DNA from: Candidatus Hadarchaeales archaeon
GTDB taxonomy: Archaea; Hadarchaeota; Hadarchaeia; Hadarchaeales; Hadarchaeaceae
DNA length: 32,000 nucleotides
Assembly (NCBI GenBank): GCA_038823825.1
Contig: JAWBCC010000001.1
Coordinates: 60,001 to 92,000 of the forward strand
Direction of reading: 5' to 3'
Shown here: positions 9,053-15,117 of the stretch, one piece after another
How positions within the stretch are numbered: the stretch's first letter is position 1
Layout of the letters: each line of letters begins with the position of its first letter
Made by a program: the position numbers and the translations under genes
The notes under the pieces: generated by a model
Databases searched by the model: none
Seen by the model: the letters and a program-made list of their open reading frames with translations, nothing else
Told to the model about the DNA's origin: nothing

Positions 9053-9606
9053 AGTCCAGATATCTCGGATTAACTGCCCCAATTGTCGCCTTTCTCTCAA
9101 TCATAATCTCGATCATTCTTTCTCCAGGTTTCTCATTTACGAACAACGCTCTGAGCGACCTGGGTGTGTGGAAAAATCACGGCATAATTTTCAACGCAGG
9201 GCTCGCGATTTCCGGATTCATGATTGTCATTTTCTCTGCTGACATGTTCCGGAGAGCCCGCAGTCCTTGGAAATCAGTTTCCGCATCCACCATTCTTGTT
9301 GGAATCTTCCTCGTCTTTGTTGGAGTTTTCAATGAAAACTTTGGAAAGATACACTTTCTTTTTTCAGTTCTCTTTTTCGTTTCTCTCGCGTTTGTGATTT
9401 TGCTTTCTATTTTTCTACTGATTCGTGCCAGGCAACATCTTTCTGCAATGATTTTCTCTCTTCTCTTTCTTTGCGCAGCGGCAAGCTGGCTGTTACCGCT
9501 TATTGATGTCGTCAGCAATGTGGCGATCCCGGAGACAGTTTCGGCTTTAGTCGGGTGTGTATGGCTAATCTGGTTGGCTTTAGACAGCCCTCTCAGCAAC
9601 CTTTAA
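9049..9606 (+). CDS. Integral membrane protein, DUF998-like (about 6 TM)
   Basis: 185 aa. The TTG start overlaps the upstream stop (TTGA). N-terminal SPGFSFTNNALSDLG resembles the DUF998 signature. Confidence 0.5.
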   Translation: MKSRYLGLTAPIVAFLSIIISIILSPGFSFTNNALSDLGVWKNHGIIFNAGLAISGFMIVIFSADMFRRARSPWKSVSASTILVGIFLVFVGVFNENFGKIHFLFSVLFFVSLAFVILLSIFLLIRARQHLSAMIFSLLFLCAAASWLLPLIDVVSNVAIPETVSALVGCVWLIWLALDSPLSNL

Positions 9607-9651
9607 ATAGGGAAAAAACGAGCATTCTTCACAAAATCAGAGGTGTGATAT

Positions 9652-9912
9652 TTGGCGAAACTCAAAAAGAAGGGAAGTCTAGGCAAGACGGAGGAGGGGG
9701 AGCTGGTTCTCGTAAACGACGAGGGACAGGCTTTTTCTGCAGGTGAAGTCGTTATCTTCGTCTGGGATATGTGCGACGGCGAGATTTCGGAGGAGGACCT
9801 TTTGAAAAACCTCTGCGCAGAACTCGAAATAGACGTCGAAGCCCTGAGACCCGTGCTTGAGAGACTTCTTAAAAATCTGGAGAAAGCGAATCTTCTGGAA
9901 ATAATTGATTAA
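9652..9912 (+). CDS. PqqD-like protein (RiPP recognition element-type small wHTH)
   Basis: 86 aa; TTG start 6 nt after AGGTG. GELVLVNDEGQAFSAGEVVIFVWDMCDGEISEEDLLKNLCAELEIDVEALRPVLERLLKNLEKANLLEI follows the PqqD family pattern (beta strands, x-W-x-x-C-D-G, helical tail ending LL). Confidence 0.65.
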   Translation: MAKLKKKGSLGKTEEGELVLVNDEGQAFSAGEVVIFVWDMCDGEISEEDLLKNLCAELEIDVEALRPVLERLLKNLEKANLLEIID

Positions 9913-10639
9913 AAAACTTCGAAAGCTCCTCAACCTTCATCTTAGGGATAGAGGGTAGTCTATTTTCCCCAGAGGTGATGTTTATCAGTGGCGCGCCCAA
10001 CTCTGCCAACCATGAGAGAAGTTCTCCACAGATTTTCAATTTTTCGATTTTCCTAGTTGGATCTTTCTTTCCAGAGAACAACCCGATCTTTTCGCCGAGA
10101 TCCATCCCCGCGAGCAGGATTTTTGCAGCTCCGAGCTCGTGGGCCATGAAGGCTCCCCTATCCCCGTCCGTAAACCCCCCAAAGTTGAAAAGTTTTCCGA
10201 AAGGTCTGGTCTGTGTGGTCCCGATTATTCTACCATTCCTCACCGTCTGCATAAATCTTTCCACTTTTTCAAGATTGTCTCCATGTGCGTGAACAACTAT
10301 CCAAGCCCCGGATCTCCAAGCCGAGATTTGATCTTTCACATTTCCGTCCAAATCTGTAACGATTATTTCCGGAACCTTGTATCTGAGAACGGCAGATGTT
10401 GCTCCGTCGGCAGCAATTATCGTCAGACGCATCATCCCATGCTTTTCAAGATTTTCTAGATCCTTCTGGATGGAAGGCCCAGCTCCGGCTACTACGCAGG
10501 ACTTACCACGGACGATCTTTGTAAGCCCAGCAATATCCGGTTCTGGAAGAAGAGACTCAAGAACCGCGGCAGCTCTCAAATCTGCTTCTTTATCGATTCG
10601 AAGACGCTCAGCTATTTCAAGATATTTTGGAGCCCACAA
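9869..10639 (-). CDS. mptE: 6-hydroxymethyl-7,8-dihydropterin pyrophosphokinase, archaeal MptE type (DUF115)
   Basis: 256 aa; VVAGAGPS, IAADGA, IVTDLDG, HAHGDN and GGFTDGDR match the MptE/DUF115 motif order. TTG start 8 nt after the JAMM stop. The 3' end overlaps the PqqD-like gene by 44 nt. Confidence 0.75.
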   Translation of the reverse strand: MWAPKYLEIAERLRIDKEADLRAAAVLESLLPEPDIAGLTKIVRGKSCVVAGAGPSIQKDLENLEKHGMMRLTIIAADGATSAVLRYKVPEIIVTDLDGNVKDQISAWRSGAWIVVHAHGDNLEKVERFMQTVRNGRIIGTTQTRPFGKLFNFGGFTDGDRGAFMAHELGAAKILLAGMDLGEKIGLFSGKKDPTRKIEKLKICGELLSWLAELGAPLINITSGENRLPSIPKMKVEELSKFFNQLFPEDSLSPDF

Positions 10640-10647
10640 TTCCCATT

Positions 10648-11019
10648 TTATGGGACCACCTCCAGAGGTATTCTTTCGCCACGGTGGTTATAGGCGGCCC
10701 AGCTTTTTTGATCGTAAGGATAGGCCACAATGATGTGGATTGAGCCGAATTTCCCAAAAAATTGGATATCTGAAGCTGAGGGCGCGAAAGATGAGGAAGG
10801 ATGACTGTGAACACTTCCGCAGACCGATGGATCCATTGGTAGCATATGGAGGCGTAAAACCGCAGAATCGTTCGAGCTCAAGGTCCCGGGCAATATCAAG
10901 ACTTCCTCTATGAGCTCTTTTCTTTTTCTCAGCAATCCCGCGAATTCCCGCGGATAAACAGACTTTGCCGCTCCTAGAATGAACTCTAAAGTCTCTCTCT
11001 TGATTTTCAACGACTTCAA
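10648..11019 (-). CDS. JAMM/MPN+ metalloprotease (stand-alone JAB domain)
   Basis: EFAGLL (Glu) and HSHPSSSFAPSASD give an exact HxHx7Sx2D JAMM motif. The track ORF (to 11181) would overlap the upstream gene by 166 nt. TTG 11019 overlaps that gene's TGA stop and gives a typical 123-aa protein. Confidence 0.8.
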   Translation of the reverse strand: MKSLKIKRETLEFILGAAKSVYPREFAGLLRKRKELIEEVLILPGTLSSNDSAVLRLHMLPMDPSVCGSVHSHPSSSFAPSASDIQFFGKFGSIHIIVAYPYDQKSWAAYNHRGERIPLEVVP

Positions 11020-12794
11020 ATTAACCCCCTCGCGGTCTCGTATGATGCTATGGCCTCGGTCCAGCTCTGATTCGATCTGACGTATACAGAATACGGCAGG
11101 ACTCCAACGTAAAGTTGCGGATACATGCTTTGAGGCTCTACATCCAACCATCCGACCGCAGGTATGAAGACCTGCACCCAAGCGTGAAGGATAACCCGCT
11201 TACCGTCCGGAGTTGTGGTTGCGCCAAAACCCCAGCCAGCCGGAGGAATCCAATCAGATTCCACCCATCCGTTGACAATTCTAGATGGCAGACCAGCAGT
11301 CCGTGCTATCGCGAGATATACATTTGAATAATCTCTGCACTGTCCACGTTTACTTTCAATAACTTCCTCAGAGGTTGGCGGTCTGAAAGAAAGTGAGTAG
11401 AGTATATTTGATCCCGTCCAGTTGCAGATTTCCTCGGCAAGCTTCCTCTTGTTTTCGTCATAAATATTTTTCAATATTTCACGAACCCTTTCAGTTCCGG
11501 TCAATACAAAAGAGTCAGGTAGGAGATAATAGGCAAGCTTAGCTTCCACGATAACGTTATCCCAGAAAAGTACACCATCTGGGACTGGCAAAAACGTTAT
11601 GACATCAGAATTTTCCCTCAAAAGACGTAGTATTGTGTAGAGAAAGTCTCGATATCTCATCTGGCCCCAGACTGTTTGGATGCTGGCGGGAATGCTTCCG
11701 GTAGCAGCTTGTGCCACGATTTCTCCTGCAAGCAGAGTGAGATTTTCCCTGTTCAATTCCCGTAAGACGACATTCCAATCACCAACTTCTTCACCCACTA
11801 CGGTCACGGGAATGAAGGAGGGAGAAAAGTTTTCACCATTGAGCAAAAACAGAGAGGCATTATAAAGGATTTGTCCGAGAGTCAAATTCTCGAAAACGTT
11901 GTCGCCAGAAAAGAGATAGGCATCTCGAATTCTTCCGAACTTTAAATCGATTCTGACTTTGGAAAAGAATCCCTCAAAGTTCTCAACCGGCCGCCCTCCT
12001 GAGTAGGTTATGAGAAGTGGCGCATGGTTTTCCAATAGGTTTTCTGTACGGATTTCTATTAGATATCTGGAGTCCAAAACCTCCAGCTCCTCCTCAATTA
12101 TGGCGGGTCTACCATTTTCTTGACTAAGCGTGAATCTTCCCAAACTGTAACTTCCGCGTCCATATTCCATATGCTCCTCGTTCTCAAAGGCGTTGCACCA
12201 AACGTTTTCTGCCCACTCCGGGAGTATTATCCTTGTAGTGCTGTGCATCTCCATGACGCAGGCCTTGTATCCGTACTCCTTGGCTATGCTTGCGACGGTC
12301 AGCCAGCTCGTCAGTATTCCACTCAAGATCTCAGAAGCTGCGGAGTCGGGATCCACCCATGCCATCTCGATTACCCATTTATTTCCATCCCATCTGGCAA
12401 CATGTGGAGACCTCCAATTTAGTAGGATTGTGAAGTTTTCTTCGATTTTCACCATGCTTTCTATGAAATCGATTTCAATTCCGAGCATAGAAAAACTCGA
12501 CCTCCAGATGCTCTCATACTCCTGCTGTATGATGTCGGTTCCAACGGTTAGGACGAAAGATTTCATAAAATCCGCAAGTTCCGATGGAGGAATGCTTAAT
12601 TCGGCCCATCCATAGCCGTTTCCTCTCTCATCAACGAATATCCTAGTTTCATGCACTTCTTTGAATAACTTCGGTTGAATTATTTCTAAATTTTCGAAAG
12701 ACGTTTTTTCCATATGCGTGTGAATAACCCAGACAGACATGCAAAACGCGGCAATCAGCATGGCAATCGATATAACCACGTTTTTCTTAACCAT
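11016..12794 (-). CDS. Membrane-anchored transglutaminase-like (papain-fold) protein with large N-terminal extracytoplasmic domain
   Basis: 592 aa. N-terminal TM/signal anchor VVISIAMLIAAFCMSVWVI. The C-terminal core GQCRDYSNVYLAIARTAGLPSRIVNGW...HAWVQVFIPAVGWLDVEP carries the Cys-His-Asp triad. The ATG overlaps the metE-C stop (ATGGTTAA). Confidence 0.75.
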   Translation of the reverse strand: MVKKNVVISIAMLIAAFCMSVWVIHTHMEKTSFENLEIIQPKLFKEVHETRIFVDERGNGYGWAELSIPPSELADFMKSFVLTVGTDIIQQEYESIWRSSFSMLGIEIDFIESMVKIEENFTILLNWRSPHVARWDGNKWVIEMAWVDPDSAASEILSGILTSWLTVASIAKEYGYKACVMEMHSTTRIILPEWAENVWCNAFENEEHMEYGRGSYSLGRFTLSQENGRPAIIEEELEVLDSRYLIEIRTENLLENHAPLLITYSGGRPVENFEGFFSKVRIDLKFGRIRDAYLFSGDNVFENLTLGQILYNASLFLLNGENFSPSFIPVTVVGEEVGDWNVVLRELNRENLTLLAGEIVAQAATGSIPASIQTVWGQMRYRDFLYTILRLLRENSDVITFLPVPDGVLFWDNVIVEAKLAYYLLPDSFVLTGTERVREILKNIYDENKRKLAEEICNWTGSNILYSLSFRPPTSEEVIESKRGQCRDYSNVYLAIARTAGLPSRIVNGWVESDWIPPAGWGFGATTTPDGKRVILHAWVQVFIPAVGWLDVEPQSMYPQLYVGVLPYSVYVRSNQSWTEAIASYETARGLI

Positions 12795-13791
12795 CGATTT
12801 TCTCCCTTACTTTCCTCGCAGCCAAAACCATATTCTTGAGCTTTCCTACGGCTTCCTGCACAGTTCTCGTTTTCATTCCGCAATCTGGGTCAATCCACAG
12901 TTGTTCTGGTTTTATCACTTCGAGGGCTTTCTCGATTCTTTGCTCAATGGTTTCGACGTCCTCAACGATGTGTGAGTGAACGTCCACCACCCCAAAAGAG
13001 ATATCCTTAGTGAATGGGTGTAGTCTGAAGAGCTCGACCAAGTCCAAAGAAGAGTTAGACATCTCGAGATCAAAGTTATCCACCGGCAACTCAAGCATTC
13101 GCGGATATATGAACTCGAATGCCCCGTAGCAGATATGTACGATGAAGTAGGCATCGACACCTTCGACGACCGTCTTCATCGCTTCAATGGCAAAGTCAAG
13201 CTCTTCAGGTCTGGCAGATATGGCTGGTTCGTCTATCTGGATTATTTTTGCCCCATTCCTCCAGAGTTCTTTGACTTCTCTGTGAATGGCTTTCGCCAGC
13301 GCCAGACAAGCATCCTTCCTGCTTGGATAGAACTCGTTAAACGACCAATCCATCATCGTGTACGGTCCGGTTACCATACCTTTTACAGGCTTTTGCGTTA
13401 ACTCCTGCGCAAACTTCCACCATCCAACTGTTATCGGTCCGGTCCATCTTACTTCTCCCACGATGATGGGCTTCCTGTAATACCGGTTTCCATAGCTTCT
13501 CACCAAACCACTCAAAGCGAAGCCATCCATATTTTCTGCAAAATATGTCACCATGTCTCCGCGGTACATCTCTCCATCCACCAAAACATCTAACCCTATT
13601 TCCTCTTGGAGAGAGATCCAATCTCTCGTCGCTTTTTTCTCGAGCTCGAAGAGTTCCTCTCTGGAGATCTTCCCCAGTTGGAAATTCTTTCTCGCTTCTA
13701 GAAGATACGGAAACTTCGGATAACTTCCAACAGCAGTTGTTGGAAGCTTTGGAACGTTTATTTTAAGTCGCTCAAGCTTGCTCCTGCTCAT
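12787..13791 (-). CDS. metE: Cobalamin-independent methionine synthase, catalytic (MetE C-terminal-domain) homolog
   Basis: TTAVGSYPK, DGEMYRGDMV, HICYG and DPDCGMKTR (Zn ligands) are present. ATG 13791 is preceded by GGAGAGGTGG and is preferred over the track start at 13872. Confidence 0.8.
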   Translation of the reverse strand: MSRSKLERLKINVPKLPTTAVGSYPKFPYLLEARKNFQLGKISREELFELEKKATRDWISLQEEIGLDVLVDGEMYRGDMVTYFAENMDGFALSGLVRSYGNRYYRKPIIVGEVRWTGPITVGWWKFAQELTQKPVKGMVTGPYTMMDWSFNEFYPSRKDACLALAKAIHREVKELWRNGAKIIQIDEPAISARPEELDFAIEAMKTVVEGVDAYFIVHICYGAFEFIYPRMLELPVDNFDLEMSNSSLDLVELFRLHPFTKDISFGVVDVHSHIVEDVETIEQRIEKALEVIKPEQLWIDPDCGMKTRTVQEAVGKLKNMVLAARKVREKIDG

Positions 13792-14773
13792 TTTTCCACC
13801 TCTCCACAACTTTTGAGAGCAATACGAGCTTTTTGAAGGCAACTTTTCTAGGCAGATACTCCCCAAGCCCACAGGACGGCATCAAAAAAATTCTTCTGCT
13901 TTCAGTATTGGCTGCGATTTTTCTGACTATTCGCAGAATATCCTCTTCTCTTTCCATCTTAGTGTTTCTTCCGTCGACTATCCCAAGCCATATATCCTTT
14001 TCGCAACCTACTTTGGCAATGAGATCCGGAAGGTTCGGGCTGTAAGTCAAGTCGAATCCAAGACCACCCACGCGGATCTCCAGCAGACGCTCATAAAGTG
14101 GTTTAACATCGCCGAAATATGTAGTCAGTATAATTCTCTCTTCGCCAGCTTCTTTCGTTATGATCTCAAAAGCGCTCTTAAAAATTTCAAATTCATTTAC
14201 GTTTTTTAAAATCGCTGGCTCTTCTACTTGTATAAGCTCCGCTCCAGCCTTAGAAAGATCTTTAGCTTCTTCTGCCAAGATTTTTCCAACCTCCAGTACG
14301 AGATCTTCAAAACCAAGGCCCGACATGTTTATTGAGAGTTTGGTGAACGTGTAGGGTCCAATCATCACTGCTTTGACAGGCATATCCGTTACACTCTTCG
14401 CATACTCAAACTCTCTAAGGAGAACGGGCTGCTTTCTCCGAGGCCTGTTTTTCAGCACCGGCTGTCGGAAATAAAAATTCGTATCAAAAAATCGTAAAAG
14501 TCCATTTATTTCACATCCATCGATTCCGCGTGCAATATGAGAAATCGGATCATACCATCTGATCAGTCCGTCCGTTACTATTTGAATACCTGCCCTTTTC
14601 TGCTCTTCGATTACATCCTTAACTACAAGATCCTGAATTTTCTCAAATTCCTCATCAGATATCTCGCCTCTTTCCCACCTTGCATACGCGATTCTGTGCG
14701 TCTGCTGATCAGGTGCATCACCAATCTTAGGATAACTGCTATGATTTGCTGCGAAGATCTCCATCACCATCAC
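13772..14773 (-). CDS. MetE N-terminal-domain-like protein (non-catalytic partner of split methionine synthase)
   Basis: 333 aa, COG0620-like (HSSYPKIGD, VTDGLIRWYDP, MPSCGL) but lacking the HxC Zn motif. GAGGA at 14785-14781. Start is GTG 14773 or ATG 14770. Confidence 0.7.
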   Translation of the reverse strand: MMVMEIFAANHSSYPKIGDAPDQQTHRIAYARWERGEISDEEFEKIQDLVVKDVIEEQKRAGIQIVTDGLIRWYDPISHIARGIDGCEINGLLRFFDTNFYFRQPVLKNRPRRKQPVLLREFEYAKSVTDMPVKAVMIGPYTFTKLSINMSGLGFEDLVLEVGKILAEEAKDLSKAGAELIQVEEPAILKNVNEFEIFKSAFEIITKEAGEERIILTTYFGDVKPLYERLLEIRVGGLGFDLTYSPNLPDLIAKVGCEKDIWLGIVDGRNTKMEREEDILRIVRKIAANTESRRIFLMPSCGLGEYLPRKVAFKKLVLLSKVVERWKNEQEQA

Positions 14774-14818
14774 TTAAACATCCTCTTATTTTAAAACAAG
14801 GTGTATAAAGTTCTGAAT

Positions 14819-14889
14819 GGGGCGACCCCAAGCTGGCTGGGACTGGTGTTGGTCAACGCTCCGGATGAACAGCTTACACCAGTCGCCCC
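14819..14889. other. GC-rich 71-nt structured element (candidate RNA; unclassified)
   Basis: GGGGCGAC 14819-14826 pairs with GTCGCCCC 14882-14889. CTGGTGT 14843-14849 pairs with ACACCAG 14876-14882. AAGCTG 14830-14835 pairs with CAGCTT 14870-14875, which crosses the previous helix. CCCA 14827-14830 pairs with TGGG 14838-14841. Confidence 0.3.
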
Positions 14890-14933
14890 TTCACTCCAAA
14901 AGGCTAAAATACAGGTTATTTCATAAATTGAAA

Positions 14934-15083
14934 TGGCGGGGAGGCCGGGCCGCCTTCGAAAAAAAGTTGCAACGTAAGCAACATACTCAAGCTCTCTCGG
15001 GGGTGTAAACACCTCCAGTGAAATCAAAAATCTCAGAAGATAAGGGAAAGCTGAGATGAACTTTTTTTCAGACCTCCCCGCCA
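14934..15083. other. 150-nt long imperfect palindrome / candidate stand-alone structured RNA (unclassified)
   Basis: TGGCGGGGAGG 14934-14944 pairs with CCTCCCCGCCA 15073-15083 (11/11). GAAAAAAAGTT 14958-14968 pairs with AACTTTTTTTC 15059-15069 (11/11). Inner hairpins lie at 14966-14982, 14999-15016 (central, UAAA loop) and 15030-15057. TATA-like boxes sit about 27 nt outside both ends. Confidence 0.35.
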
Positions 15084-15117
15084 CTGATTTAATTGAAGTA
15101 CTAAATATTCTACATTG

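Noticed and set aside
10648-11181. Long 177-aa version of the JAMM ORF
   Set aside because: The first 54 codons overlap the transglutaminase-like gene out of frame and look non-protein-like. TTG 11019, coupled to the upstream stop, gives a canonical-size JAB domain.
12787-13872. Track start at 13872 for metE-C
   Set aside because: It would overlap the upstream gene by 100 nt. ATG 13791 has a strong SD and gives the usual N-terminus before TTAVGSYPK.
14819-14889. tRNA or tRNA-like gene reading of the 71-nt element (both strands tried)
   Set aside because: A 7-bp acceptor-like helix exists. However, there is no T-loop consensus, no D-loop GG, and the anticodon-stem candidates do not pair.
14934-15083. 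MITE interpretation as the primary call
   Set aside because: The 11-bp terminal inverted repeats fit a MITE. However, there is no second copy in the window and no clean target-site duplication (AATTGAA occurs on both sides but is offset by 7 nt on the right). This needs a genome-wide copy count.
14791-15084. ORFs 14791-15084 (-) and 14817-15008 (+) across the metE/polB spacer
   Set aside because: They have no SD, odd composition and no family resemblance. They are generated by the GC-rich palindromic elements.
14800-15100. SRP (7S) RNA or RNase P RNA
   Set aside because: The size would fit. However, the SRP helix-8 hallmark (GGAA tetraloop with the AGCA internal loop) is absent on both strands. 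So are the RNase P CR-I/CR-V motifs (GAGGAAAGUCC, ACAGAA...CCGGCUUA).
14774-15117. Replication origin (oriC) next to polB
   Set aside because: Only one ORB-like match is present (CTCCAGTGAAAT, 15013-15024). There are no repeated ORB or mini-ORB copies flanking an AT-rich unwinding element, and no orc1/cdc6 gene is nearby. The idea is kept only as a minor alternative in the finding.
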